Shown: positions 47,262-57,912, numbered from the stretch's first letter. The stretch is 64,000 bases of DNA from an uncultured Acidobacteriaceae bacterium (GCA_963706645.1 CAVPNR010000018.1:151818-215817), one strand, 5' to 3'. Made by a program: numbers and translations. Notes: generated by a model from the letters alone, not told the origin.

Positions 47262-48529
47262 ACCGGGACGGCGGCTCGAGGGGCGAGCCGCCGTTCTGCT
47301 CTATGGCAAAGTTGAAAATCTCGCGGGGATTTCCGGATAGTATGAGTGAGTCAGTGGAAGTACTGGAATCGCAGGAAGATATGAAGGCATCGGGAAGACT
47401 CGAAGAGATCCGGCTGTATTTCCGGCAGCAGCCGGTGATGCTCGTGCTTCTGGCGGTGCTGGCGGTGATCTTTTTTCTGGCGGTGACAGGGTTGTCACGG
47501 GCGTATCATGCGCAGCGAGATTTCCTCGGAGACCGGTGGTTTACGCGCGGTGTGGCTGACCTGAGCGTGGGACACTACGACGCCGCAGTGATGGAATTCC
47601 GGTCGGCTCTTCTCTATTCGCGCGACAACTATACCTACCAACTCAATCTGGCTGAGGCTTTAATCGGTCTCAAGCGAACGAGCGAAGCCGCGGCTTACCT
47701 GGGCAATCTGTGGGAGCGCCAGCCAGAGGATGGTGTGGTCAATCTCGAACTGGCGCGCATCGCGGTGCAAAAGGGACAAACGGAACAAGCGTTGCGTTAT
47801 TACCACAACGCGATCTATGCGGCGTGGCCGAGCGATCGGGAAGGAAAACGGCGCGAAGCACGGCTGGAGTTGATTGAGTTCCTGTTGAACACCGGCGCGA
47901 ATGCAGAGGCGCAATCGGAGTTGATCGCGCTGCAAGAAAATTTGGGGAATGATCCAGTGCAGCAAGAGCGAGTCGGGGATCTGTTTCAGCGGTCCCAAGA
48001 CTACGAACATGCGCTCTCCGCGTACCGGGAGAGTTTGAAGTTGGAGCGGGACAACCGGGCGGCCCTCGCGGGAGCAGGGTTCGCGGCGTTCCAACTGGGG
48101 CGTTATCCGCTGGCACAGCAATATTTGGAAGCCGCAGTTGCGGCCAACCCCAGCGACAAGCAAAGCGCAGACCGGCTCAAGCTGACGGAAATGGTACTGG
48201 AGATGGATCCATTCCGGCGCCAATTGTCGGTCGCACGGCGAGACAGGATTGTCGTCTCAGCATTTACAACTGCGGGAGAACGGCTGAAAGCATGCAGCGC
48301 TGCGAGCGGACTTGCCCTGCCAACTGCATCGCAATCGAGTCTGGCGGCAAACTGGGCAAGGATGAAGCCGCAGATTGTCGAGGCGGAACTGCGGCGAAAT
48401 CCAGACTTAACGGAATCGGCGATGGATTTGGTGTTCGACATCGAGCGCCAGACGAGCGCGACCTGTGGAACTCCTACAGGAGCGGACATGGCGCTGCTGC
48501 TGATCGCAAAGCTGCACGAGGGGAGCTGA
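47258..48529 (+). CDS. TPR-repeat membrane-anchored protein (possible Tol-Pal associated)
   Basis: The ATG at 47258 overlaps the pal stop (ATGA). One TM segment (VMLVLLAVLAVIFFLAV) is followed by multiple TPR-like repeats. Confidence 0.65.
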   Translation: MNRDGGSRGEPPFCSMAKLKISRGFPDSMSESVEVLESQEDMKASGRLEEIRLYFRQQPVMLVLLAVLAVIFFLAVTGLSRAYHAQRDFLGDRWFTRGVADLSVGHYDAAVMEFRSALLYSRDNYTYQLNLAEALIGLKRTSEAAAYLGNLWERQPEDGVVNLELARIAVQKGQTEQALRYYHNAIYAAWPSDREGKRREARLELIEFLLNTGANAEAQSELIALQENLGNDPVQQERVGDLFQRSQDYEHALSAYRESLKLERDNRAALAGAGFAAFQLGRYPLAQQYLEAAVAANPSDKQSADRLKLTEMVLEMDPFRRQLSVARRDRIVVSAFTTAGERLKACSAASGLALPTASQSSLAANWARMKPQIVEAELRRNPDLTESAMDLVFDIERQTSATCGTPTGADMALLLIAKLHEGS

Positions 48530-48530
48530 A

Positions 48531-50306
48531 TTGGACTCGCAAGCGAACGCACAATCCGGAGTTCTGGTGGAGAACGGTGAACCGGTGACGGCGAGACCGA
48601 TCAACGGGCATTCGCCGAAGGCTCTCTTGCAGTCGGTGTTCCGGGAAGAACGTTTTTTTCTGGTGCTGTCGGTATTTATAGGAGTGTTTTCGGGGCTGGC
48701 GGTTGTGTGCTTCCGATTTGCCATTGGATGGTGCCGTGTCTATCTGTTGGGATCGGGAGCGGTGCTTTCGCCTACGCGGCTGCTGCTTGCGCCCACGCTG
48801 GCAGGACTGGTCATCGCGGTGCTGGTGATTCATTTCTTCCCGCAGACGCGGGGGAGCGGAGTGAATCAAACAAAGGCTGCGCTGTACATCTACAACGGGG
48901 ATATCCCGATTCGCACGGCGATCGGGAAGTTCATCACGGCAGCGCTGGCGATTGGGTCGGGACATTCGCTGGGACCGGAAGATCCATCGCTACAAATTGG
49001 CGCGGGCCTGGCATCGGTGCTGGGGCGGCGGATGCGGTTGTCGCGAGATCGCATGCGGCTGATTGCGCCGGTGGGCGCAGCGGCTGGACTGGCGGCGGCG
49101 TTCAACGCGCCGATCTCCGCGGTGCTGTTCGTGATTGAAGAAGTGATTGGGCGGTGGACGGCGGGCATTCTCGGCTCGGTGGTGCTTTCGGCGGTATCGA
49201 GCGTGGTAGTGATGCGGTGGTTTCTTGGGTCGGAGTCGCTGTTCCGAATTCCGGCGGTGCAACTGGAACGGCCGTCGGAGTTGATCGCGTATTCCATCCT
49301 GGGCGTGGTGGGCGGGTTGGCTTCGGTTCTGTTCTCAACCGGGATTGCGACGTTGCGCCCGCGGTGCAAGGCGCTACCGCAGTGGACACAGTATTTTCAG
49401 CCGGCTCTGGCAGGATTGATGATTGGGATCATGGCGGTTCTGGGCGCACCGCAGGTCATGGGTGCTGGATACGAGGCCATTGACGAGGCTATGCACGGGC
49501 GGTTCACGTGGCAGTTCCTGGCGATTCTGGCCGGGCTGAAGATTGTCGCGACTCTGCTGTCGTTCGTGAGCGGAACGCCGGGCGGGATGTTTGCGCCGAC
49601 GCTGTTTGTGGGAGCAATGCTGGGCGCGGCGGTGGGCGGGGCGGAGCATGTGTTTCTGCCGCATCTGAGCGGGTCCCCCGGCACGTATGCGCTGGTGGGG
49701 ATGGGCGTATTGTTCGCCGGATTTCTGCGGGCACCAATGACATCGGTGTTCATGGTGCTGGAGGTGAGCGGGAATTACTCCATCATTGTGCCGGTGATTA
49801 TCGCTAACACATTTGCGTATGTAATTTCCCGAGGACTGCAGCCGATTGCGATTTTTGACTTGCTGACGCGCCAGGACGGGCTGGAATTGCCGTCGATGGA
49901 AGAACAACGGGAAGAAGGGATCCTGCGAGTTGAAGACGCAATGCGTCCGGCGGAAGGTCCGGTGCTGGATGCTCAAGAGACTATCGATCAAGCGTTGCAG
50001 AAGGCGGAACTGGCGACTGCGGATGATCTGCTGGTGCGACTGAATCCGATTGGCTGGAACGTCATCTCGAAGCAGCAACTGCGAACGATGGCGCAGGAGG
50101 GGAAAGGCGGGACCAATCTGGGCTCGCTGTTACCGATCCGCCGCATTCCGGATGTCCATCCCGATCATCCCCTGGAGACAGCGCTGCGGTATGTGAACCG
50201 GTGGCCGCTGGTTCCGGTGGTGAGCCGGGCCGACTTCCAGCAGCTAGAGGGAGTGATTTCGCAGCGCGACATCCTGGAGCGCTACCGGGAATTCGGAGAA
50301 AGCTAG
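48531..50306 (+). CDS. ClC-family chloride channel/antiporter with CBS pair (second paralogue)
   Basis: 'GSGVNQ', 'GHSLGPEDP' and 'GGMFAPTLF' are present, with C-terminal CBS-like repeats. The start codon is non-ATG in the track and uncertain. Confidence 0.85.
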   Translation: MDSQANAQSGVLVENGEPVTARPINGHSPKALLQSVFREERFFLVLSVFIGVFSGLAVVCFRFAIGWCRVYLLGSGAVLSPTRLLLAPTLAGLVIAVLVIHFFPQTRGSGVNQTKAALYIYNGDIPIRTAIGKFITAALAIGSGHSLGPEDPSLQIGAGLASVLGRRMRLSRDRMRLIAPVGAAAGLAAAFNAPISAVLFVIEEVIGRWTAGILGSVVLSAVSSVVVMRWFLGSESLFRIPAVQLERPSELIAYSILGVVGGLASVLFSTGIATLRPRCKALPQWTQYFQPALAGLMIGIMAVLGAPQVMGAGYEAIDEAMHGRFTWQFLAILAGLKIVATLLSFVSGTPGGMFAPTLFVGAMLGAAVGGAEHVFLPHLSGSPGTYALVGMGVLFAGFLRAPMTSVFMVLEVSGNYSIIVPVIIANTFAYVISRGLQPIAIFDLLTRQDGLELPSMEEQREEGILRVEDAMRPAEGPVLDAQETIDQALQKAELATADDLLVRLNPIGWNVISKQQLRTMAQEGKGGTNLGSLLPIRRIPDVHPDHPLETALRYVNRWPLVPVVSRADFQQLEGVISQRDILERYREFGES

Positions 50307-50590
50307 GAACCGGGGCGGAAACTGGTTTGTTACTTCAGTGCAACATCTTTCTTGCAAACAGCTGCTCTAATTCGGTAATCTCTTCCCACTCCACGCAAGC
50401 AGTTCGAGTAGAGCTGTACCTCAATAGCAATGGCAGGGGATCGACCATTCTTAATGGGACTTCGCGACCGGAAGCGGCCGTCGCAGATCCGTGCCAGGCT
50501 GTGCATTGTCGGTTGTTGTCGATGTACGAAGTTCTCAAATCCGCGCTAACGAACAACTGATGTTTCTGTTTCAAGAACGGGGAGAAGAGC

Positions 50591-53500
50591 ATGCCAAGCT
50601 ATTCAATCAGGTTAGTAATTCTCAGTCTGATCGCATTCGCCTTTACCGCACAAGCGTTCGGGCAGGGCGGGGCCACCGGGGCCATCGCGGGGACGGTGCA
50701 GGATCCGAGCGGGGCGGTAGTCGCCAACGCTGAGGTTCACATCACAAATCAGGACACGAATGTTCTGGAGCGCACGGTGACGACCGGCGCGGACGGAACG
50801 TTTGCAGCTCCCCTGCTGCCGGTTGGGACTTATACGGTGAGCGTGCAGAGTGGAGGGTTCGCTCCGGGAACGTTTACGGGCATCGTGGTGCGCGTGACGG
50901 AGACGACGCGCATGATTGCGAAGCTGTCAACGAAATCGGTGCAGCAGAAGATTGAAGTTGAGGCGGAAGTGCAGACCGTGGATACGAGCGACGCGACCAC
51001 GGGGCAGGCGATTGACAGCAACACGATTCGCGCTCTGCCGCTGGCCACCCAGAACTTTCAGCAGTTGTTGACCCTGTCGACGGGAGCGCAGAGCGAATTG
51101 AACGCGGCAGCCCAACTGGGACGCGGGCAGGTGCGCATCCAGGTGAACGGACAGCGCGAAGATAACAACAATTATTTGATCGAAGGCATCAGTGCCACCG
51201 ATTACAACGTGGCGGAACTGACGAACACGCCGCTGCCGAATCCGGATGTGGTTCAGGAATTCAAGGTGCAGACATCGCTGTACGACGCCAGCCAGGGACG
51301 CAATGGCGGAGGAAACATCAACGCCATTTTGAAGTCAGGGACGAACCAGATTCACGGAGACGCTTACGAATTTTTCCGGAACACGGCTCTGGATGCGAAC
51401 GAATACTTTCTGAAGGGGAGCGGCTCCCCGCGGCCGGTGATCCAGCAGAACATTTTTGGCGGCAGTTTAGGCGGTCCTGTGGGCCCAGGGGGCAAGCTGG
51501 GATTCTTTTTCGTGAATTATCAGGGGACGCGGCAGCGCAGCGGTGATTCGCCGGGGACGCTGATCAGCACATTTGTTCCGTACGTTCCGGCGGCGGATCG
51601 AGGGCCAGCGGGGGCAGCACAGTTGGCGGCGGATTTCGGAGTAGCGAGCGCTGATCCGGTAGCGGTGTCGCTTCTGGGGTTTCAAAGCGATCAGTTTGGT
51701 GCTCCGGCCAATGGGTACCTGTTTCCACTCCCCAACAACGTTCCGGCGGGAACTCAGGCAGGCACGCCGGTGCAATTTACGGTGAGCAAGCCGGGGAAGT
51801 TTACCGACGATCAACTGACGGCCAATTGGGACCACGATTTCCGCAATTCCAAAGATTCGGTGGCGGCGCGCTTCTTCTTCTCGGACTCAGAGCAGGATAT
51901 TCCGTTCGGAGCCGGTGGACTGCAGGCGTCACTGGGCGCGGCGGCCAGCGGGACGGACTTGAACTTCCCGTACCAACTTCCGATTCACGACCGGCTGTTC
52001 ATCGTTTCGGAGACGCACGTATTTTCTCCGAGACTGGTGAACGATTTCCGCTTTGGATTGGTTCACATCGACAACAGCGCGATTAACGTCAATCCGGTCA
52101 CGGTGACGGACGCGGGAATCGACCGGCCAACCAGCAATCTGACGAGCAGCATTTACAAGTTCACCTTCGCGACCTCGGGATTTCAGTTCGGACCGACGCC
52201 GCAGGCGAACCAATCGCAGACACAGAATAATTACAACTTCGTGGAGAACCTGAGTTGGGTAAAGGGAGCGCACACCTTTACGTTTGGCGGGCAGTACATT
52301 CGGGTGAGCCTCAACAAGCAGTTTCCGCAGGTCTTTAACGGGCAGCTCTTTTTTACGAACACGTCGGCCACGGAGACGGATTTTGGAAACTTCGTGGGCG
52401 GGACGCCAGAATTCAGCTTCGGCGGCGGCGGCGTTTATAACCACCAGTACCGGCAGAACAATTCGGCGATCTTCGCGCAGGACGACTGGAAGGCCACTGC
52501 GAACCTTACGTTGAACCTGGGCCTGCGCACGGAATTCCTGGGAGCATGGACGGATGGGGACTGCCACATTGGCAATATGGAGTCAGACCTGACGAAGTCG
52601 GGGACGTATCCGTTCGTCTATCCGACTTGCGTCAACAAGCTGGGTGTTTCCGGACTGACGGGGAACGCGGCAGGCTCGACGTTCAAGAACAGCGTTTCGA
52701 CAGGTTGGGGACCGCGCGTTGGGTTCGCGTGGGACCTGGCCGGACGGCACACGACGACGGTGCGCGGAGGCTACGGCATCTACTACGTGCGCGAGGACGT
52801 GGGCGCGGTGGACCAGTTGAGCTTCCAGTCGCCGTTCATCCCGATTGTTTTTTTCGGACAAACGCCGGGGTTCACGATGTCGGACTTCTTTACGGGTACG
52901 CCTGCGACCAATCCAAACGCCGTGCCCCAGGCCGGACAGCTGTCAGGGGCGTGGTTGCCTTGCCTGGCGCAACTGACGAGTTTTCCAGACACGAATGGCG
53001 CCGCCACGTACGGCGGATGCACGGGGCCGGGCGTGAACAGCACGCAGAATCTGTTTGTGCTGGAAGTGCCGCGGCATTTCGTGGTTCCGAATACGCAGCA
53101 GTGGAACCTGACGGTGCAGCGCGAATTAGGGCGGCACTGGGTGCTGGAGGCGGGTTACGTGGGCACGCGAGGAATCCACTTGCGTGAGACGCGGGATGCG
53201 ATTCAATCGGTGAACGCCAGCCCGACCAATCCGTTTACGGTTACCGATGCCAGCAATAACACCTACACGATCACGACGAACACCTTCGCCAACGCGATTG
53301 CGCGAACCCCGGCACCCGGCTTGAATGGATATAGCGGGTACCAGATTTTCGCAAACGACGCGTACTCGATTTATAACGCGCTGCAAGCGACGGTTTCGCG
53401 GCGATGGGGTGCAAACTATTTTCAGGCGGCGTATACCTTCTCGAAGAACATTGATGCCACGTCGACGGGGAACACGGCGTTTAATACCGCGTACAACGAT

Positions 53501-54148
53501 CAGAGCAACATTAATGCCTCGCGGGGAATCTCGGATTTCAATCGTCCGCACCGGCTCGCGGTAAGTTATGCGTATGAGCTTCCGTTCTTCGGGCATGCCA
53601 CTGGCTTCAAGAAGGCCGCTTTCGGCGGCTGGCAGGTGAGTGGCGTGACCATCTTCCAGAACGGCTTGCCGTTCTCGATTTTCGATTCGAGTGCGGGAAC
53701 TGCGTTCCTCGGACAGGGGAGCACGCCGCTGCTGGGTGCGAGCCTGGCTCCGGGAGCGACCATTGCCAGCGGACTGTCGAGTGGGGATATTCACTCGCGG
53801 GTGGTCAACGGCTATCTCAACGCGGCAGCGTTCACGCCGGCGCCGCAGCTGTATCCGACGCAGTGTCTATCCGATCCTAACTTCTGCACGACTGGGTTCG
53901 GAGATTTGGGACGCAATATCTATCGCGGGCCGTTCCAGCAGAACTGGGATGTGTCGTTCCTGAAGCACTTCAAGATTGGGGAGCGGCAGGACGTGCGCTT
54001 CGCGGTCGACTTCTTCAACCTATGGAACCATACGAACTTCGGTGATCCGGCTGTGACGGATATCGAGGCGGGAAGTTCGTTTGGGAAGATCTTGCAGACG
54101 AACGGCAACCCGCGGTTGATTCAGTTCTCGTTGCGGTGGGGGTTCTAA
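50591..54148 (+). CDS. Large TonB-dependent-receptor-like outer membrane protein with carboxypeptidase-regulatory-like N-domain
   Basis: 1185 aa with a signal peptide. 'GAIAGTVQDPSGAVVANAEVHITNQDTN...TTGADGTFAAPLLPVGTYTVSV', a plug-like region, and the C-terminal barrel ending '...RLIQFSLRWGF'. Confidence 0.8.
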   Translation: MPSYSIRLVILSLIAFAFTAQAFGQGGATGAIAGTVQDPSGAVVANAEVHITNQDTNVLERTVTTGADGTFAAPLLPVGTYTVSVQSGGFAPGTFTGIVVRVTETTRMIAKLSTKSVQQKIEVEAEVQTVDTSDATTGQAIDSNTIRALPLATQNFQQLLTLSTGAQSELNAAAQLGRGQVRIQVNGQREDNNNYLIEGISATDYNVAELTNTPLPNPDVVQEFKVQTSLYDASQGRNGGGNINAILKSGTNQIHGDAYEFFRNTALDANEYFLKGSGSPRPVIQQNIFGGSLGGPVGPGGKLGFFFVNYQGTRQRSGDSPGTLISTFVPYVPAADRGPAGAAQLAADFGVASADPVAVSLLGFQSDQFGAPANGYLFPLPNNVPAGTQAGTPVQFTVSKPGKFTDDQLTANWDHDFRNSKDSVAARFFFSDSEQDIPFGAGGLQASLGAAASGTDLNFPYQLPIHDRLFIVSETHVFSPRLVNDFRFGLVHIDNSAINVNPVTVTDAGIDRPTSNLTSSIYKFTFATSGFQFGPTPQANQSQTQNNYNFVENLSWVKGAHTFTFGGQYIRVSLNKQFPQVFNGQLFFTNTSATETDFGNFVGGTPEFSFGGGGVYNHQYRQNNSAIFAQDDWKATANLTLNLGLRTEFLGAWTDGDCHIGNMESDLTKSGTYPFVYPTCVNKLGVSGLTGNAAGSTFKNSVSTGWGPRVGFAWDLAGRHTTTVRGGYGIYYVREDVGAVDQLSFQSPFIPIVFFGQTPGFTMSDFFTGTPATNPNAVPQAGQLSGAWLPCLAQLTSFPDTNGAATYGGCTGPGVNSTQNLFVLEVPRHFVVPNTQQWNLTVQRELGRHWVLEAGYVGTRGIHLRETRDAIQSVNASPTNPFTVTDASNNTYTITTNTFANAIARTPAPGLNGYSGYQIFANDAYSIYNALQATVSRRWGANYFQAAYTFSKNIDATSTGNTAFNTAYNDQSNINASRGISDFNRPHRLAVSYAYELPFFGHATGFKKAAFGGWQVSGVTIFQNGLPFSIFDSSAGTAFLGQGSTPLLGASLAPGATIASGLSSGDIHSRVVNGYLNAAAFTPAPQLYPTQCLSDPNFCTTGFGDLGRNIYRGPFQQNWDVSFLKHFKIGERQDVRFAVDFFNLWNHTNFGDPAVTDIEAGSSFGKILQTNGNPRLIQFSLRWGF

Positions 54149-54315
54149 ACCGCAGCGGAGATATTCTGGGCCGGGGAGCGAATGCTTCCCGGCCCTTTGC
54201 TTTGAAAGGGTCAAAGGCGTGCGTTCCCTCAGGGGCTGAAGCCCACACTGCTTTCACATCGCTCACGCGGCCTTGAAGGGCCGTTCTTCCACGGTAGCGC
54301 AAGGATCTGGTACGA

Positions 54316-55272
54316 CTACACGCCGATCCAATGGAACAGGATCAGGGCCAGAGTGCTTGCTCCAACGATGATCCAGAGGGCGAGACCCTGGAGCAGAGGG
54401 CGGGCGCCAACGCTCTTGAGGGTTTTTCTGTTCAATCCTGTGCCGATGAGGAAAAGAGTAACGGTGAGGCCGATTTTTCCGAGATGATTGAGAACACCAA
54501 AGGCCGGGTTGAATGACGGCAGCAGAGTGTTCAGCAACGCGGCCATGCAGAACAGCAAGATGAACCAGGGCCACTGGATGCGTGCCTTGCTTTTCAGGGT
54601 GACGGCGGTGACGAAGGACAAGGGAACGATCCAGAGAGCGCGGGCCAGTTTGATGGTGGTTCCAATGGCGAGTGCGGTTGCGCCGTATTTCGCGGTCGCG
54701 CCTACGACGGAACTCGTGTCGTGAATGGCAAGAGCCGACCAGAGGCCGAACTGAGCCTGCGTCATGTGAAAGGCGTATCCAATCACGGGGAAGAGGAAGA
54801 GTGCGACGGAGTTCAGGATGAAGACTGCGCCCAGGGAGACGGCCATCTCTTCTTCGTTGGCTTCGGCAATGGGGCCGACGGCGGCGATGGCGCTGCCACC
54901 GCAGATGGCTGTGCCGGCGCTGATCAAGAATGCGGACTTCTTTCCGACGTGGAGGAGATAACCGAATCCCAGTCCCAAAAGCATGACGGCGGTGATGCTG
55001 ACAGCCGTGTAAAGGAAGCCGGAGCGTCCGGCTTGAAGGACTTGATGCAGGTTCATGCCAAAACCGAGGGCGACGACGGAGGCCTGCAGGAGAAACTTCG
55101 CGAGGCGTTTGCTTTCGACATGGAAGGGATGCACGGCTACGAAGCCATAGATGAGGCCGCCGAGGAGTGCGAGGGGCGGAGAGATGAGGCCGGAGGCGGC
55201 GAGGATGAGGGCCAGAAAGAATATGTTCTTGCTCACGCATCCAGTCTGCGGCGGTGACGGAGGCGAGTCCAA
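54316..55272 (-). CDS. YeiH/UPF0324 family putative sulfate-exporter-type membrane protein
   Basis: 318 aa, polytopic. 'AICGGSAIAAVGP' is typical of this family. A GTG about 12 codons in is an alternative start. Confidence 0.7.
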   Translation of the reverse strand: MDSPPSPPQTGCVSKNIFFLALILAASGLISPPLALLGGLIYGFVAVHPFHVESKRLAKFLLQASVVALGFGMNLHQVLQAGRSGFLYTAVSITAVMLLGLGFGYLLHVGKKSAFLISAGTAICGGSAIAAVGPIAEANEEEMAVSLGAVFILNSVALFLFPVIGYAFHMTQAQFGLWSALAIHDTSSVVGATAKYGATALAIGTTIKLARALWIVPLSFVTAVTLKSKARIQWPWFILLFCMAALLNTLLPSFNPAFGVLNHLGKIGLTVTLFLIGTGLNRKTLKSVGARPLLQGLALWIIVGASTLALILFHWIGV

Positions 55273-55302
55273 GCAGTAGTTTTGATGGGCGATTAGCTAA
55301 AC

Positions 55303-56247
55303 TTATCGGCCGGACCTGGTGGAGCGAGAAGGCTTTCTACCAGGACTGGCGAGAAGCCGGGCGCGTTCGAGGGCAAATGCGCGAAAAGCTCCAGCCGGGC
55401 CTTGGGGATCGGGGCCGGTGCGCGAAATGAGCGAAAAGTGGCGATCGGCCTTTACTTCGGCCACTTCCGCGACCTTCAGGGCGCCGAGTTCCAGTTCTTT
55501 GGAGATGGCCCAGCGCGAGACGAAACCGACGCCGAGGCCAGCTTCGACTGCGGACTTGATCGCCTCGGTGGAATCGAGGTCCATCACGTTCTTGAAGGAC
55601 TTGAGCTTGAGGCCGGCTTTCTCAAGAGCAATTTCGACGACGCGGCGAGAGCCGGAACCCTGTTCGCGCATAAGAAGATTGGAGTCCAAGAGCTGGGCCC
55701 GAGACATGTGCTCAGACGGGAATGTGGGTGGCACGATCAGGACCAGTTCGTCCTGCATGAAGGGTTCGGTGCGAATGCCGCGGTCGCGCGCGGGACCTTC
55801 GATGAGGCCGATGGCCAACTTGTCGTCGAGAAGAAGGCGGACGATCTCGCCGGTGTTGCCGCTGTGGAGCGAGAACTGGACGCGGGGATGCTCGTTGAGA
55901 AAAGCTCCAAGCAGGCGCGGGAGAACATATTGGGCGATGGTGGTGGAGACACCGAGGGATAAGTCGCCCGAGACTTTACCATCTTGCGCAAGGAGTGCCT
56001 GTTCGGCCTGGGAGACGAGGACGGCAAGCTTTTTCGCATAGGTGAGCAAGACGGATCCTTGTGGAGTCAGGGAGACGCGATTGCCGGCGCGATCGAAGAG
56101 GCGGGTGCCGAGATCGTCTTCGAGGGCCTTGATCTGAAGCGTGATGGCGGGCTGCGTGAGGAAGAGATGTTCCGCGGCCTTACGAAAGTTCAGATGTTCG
56201 GCAACTGTGCGGAAAACCTTGAGGCGAAAATTCTCCAGTTGGGCCAC
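55303..56247 (-). CDS. LysR family transcriptional regulator
   Basis: N-terminal HTH 'FRTVAEHLNFRKAAEHLFLTQPAITLQIKALEDDLGTRLFDR' plus a LysR substrate-binding domain. Confidence 0.9.
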   Translation of the reverse strand: MAQLENFRLKVFRTVAEHLNFRKAAEHLFLTQPAITLQIKALEDDLGTRLFDRAGNRVSLTPQGSVLLTYAKKLAVLVSQAEQALLAQDGKVSGDLSLGVSTTIAQYVLPRLLGAFLNEHPRVQFSLHSGNTGEIVRLLLDDKLAIGLIEGPARDRGIRTEPFMQDELVLIVPPTFPSEHMSRAQLLDSNLLMREQGSGSRRVVEIALEKAGLKLKSFKNVMDLDSTEAIKSAVEAGLGVGFVSRWAISKELELGALKVAEVAEVKADRHFSLISRTGPDPQGPAGAFRAFALERARLLASPGRKPSRSTRSGR

Positions 56248-56413
56248 GTGGATGATTATCCACGAAATGGCGATTCAGGGTAGAGAGAAGGCGCGAATAT
56301 GGCGGGAGAACCTGTGAGTTCCGCCGCGGCGAAGGCGGTTGAATAGAAGGACAGAAAGAGCATCAACCACTAAGGACACGAAGGACCACGAAGGCTCTGC
56401 TGGTCGACGATGT

Positions 56414-57430
56414 CTAGTTTTGCTTTTGTGCTTCCTGCAGCAATGGGCGCAGAGAATCGACCGAGACTCCCAGGGTGCCACCGGAGAAGCCGTCCATGTA
56501 GGCGGAGTTGACGCCGATGACTTCGCCTTTTGTGTTGAAGACGGGGCCGCCGCTGCCGCCGTGGGCGGTGGGGGCGTCGTAAATGAGTTTGTCGCCGACT
56601 ACGTCGCCGAGATGTCCGCAGGTGGTCGACGGACGAATCAGAGACAAGGCAGCCAACTCACTGGCCGCGTTGATGTCATTGTGACGGTAGGCCATGCGCT
56701 CGTAGATTCCAGCGGGAGATTTGGCCACCATCCCGGCAATGCCCATGGGGTAACCGATGACGGTGACGAGTTGTCCCGGAGAACCCGGCGACTTTGCGAG
56801 CGGCGGGATCGGGAGGCCGCGGACCACATCGGCATTTTCAGCATGCAGTACGGCCAGGTCTGAGGTCTTCGAGACGGATGCAGGGGATAATGTCACGGGC
56901 GTAGGCGAGCCGGGGAAGAAAACAACCAGGCTTTCGAGCATCCCGACGGCGCCTTGATCGATGAGCTTCTGTGCTTCGGAGTCTCCGTACCAAGGCTCGG
57001 CGACGTGACGGTTGGTGGCCACGAGGCCATTGCCGACCAAAAATCCTGTGCCGGAGACTCGGGCGCGAATGACAGGCCGCTGGTTCGAAAAGCCAACCTG
57101 ATAGACACCGTAAATATATCCAATGGAATTGCGGTAGCGATTCAAAACCACGGCGGGCATCGCCTGGTCTTGCTTGAGTTGTTCGACCTGCGCGGTGAGT
57201 TCATGAACCTGCTTTTGGAGGTCGGTGGGAGGCTCATCGAAGGCGGTCGTCGGAGTGTAGTAGTGGACCAAGGCGAGGGCACCCAGGAGCAGCACGATCC
57301 CCATGACGGCTTGCACCATCTGCTGCCAGCAGTCGCAAACCATACTAGATTCTTGCGGAGGCTGGGCTTCGGGAGCGGAAACGGGGGAAGTGTCGGAAGA
57401 TGGAGGCTCGTTGATCTGGGAATCGGCCAT
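56414..57430 (-). CDS. Trypsin-like (S1C-type) serine protease, membrane-anchored, no PDZ domain
   Basis: 'ATNRHV' (His), 'DLAVL' (Asp) and 'HGGSGGPVF' (Ser) blocks, with an N-terminal TM segment. Confidence 0.8.
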   Translation of the reverse strand: MADSQINEPPSSDTSPVSAPEAQPPQESSMVCDCWQQMVQAVMGIVLLLGALALVHYYTPTTAFDEPPTDLQKQVHELTAQVEQLKQDQAMPAVVLNRYRNSIGYIYGVYQVGFSNQRPVIRARVSGTGFLVGNGLVATNRHVAEPWYGDSEAQKLIDQGAVGMLESLVVFFPGSPTPVTLSPASVSKTSDLAVLHAENADVVRGLPIPPLAKSPGSPGQLVTVIGYPMGIAGMVAKSPAGIYERMAYRHNDINAASELAALSLIRPSTTCGHLGDVVGDKLIYDAPTAHGGSGGPVFNTKGEVIGVNSAYMDGFSGGTLGVSVDSLRPLLQEAQKQN

Positions 57431-57654
57431 GAGCGTCGAAGTAGCGGTCCTCGGTACTCGCCCAAGTCGTTCTGTTTCAGCCGTTTGAGCGATGGGACGC
57501 TGGGCGGGCCGAGTACTTGGAGTCGTTATCTTCGCTTGTCTGGCGCGGGTTGGCTACGGTACTGAAGACGATGTACGTGCGATAGGGTGAAGGAATTTTC
57601 ACCACAGAGGACACGGAGGACAACGGAGGAAACCTACCGAGAAGTATGGCTTAG

Positions 57655-57912
57655 CTACGGGGTCTTGATTCCCAAGCGTTTGGCCATCTCTTCGTAGAGA
57701 AAGCCTTTGCGGGGGTCGTAGGGCTGGACCCATTCGCCATCAATTACGAATTGGGGGATGGCACGCTTGCCGGTGCGTTTGACGATTTCTTCGATGGCGC
57801 CGGGGGTGGCTTGGACATCGATCTCTTTGTAGGGAATGTTGTGCTTCGCGAGAAAGCGCTTGGCCTCGCGACAGTCGGGGCACGTGGCGGCGGAATAGAC
57901 GGTGAGATCCAT
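57655..57912 (-). CDS. Glutaredoxin-family protein
   Basis: 85 aa. 'VYSAATCPDCREAKRFL...IPYKEIDV' carries a CxxC thioredoxin-fold motif. Confidence 0.85.
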   Translation of the reverse strand: MDLTVYSAATCPDCREAKRFLAKHNIPYKEIDVQATPGAIEEIVKRTGKRAIPQFVIDGEWVQPYDPRKGFLYEEMAKRLGIKTP

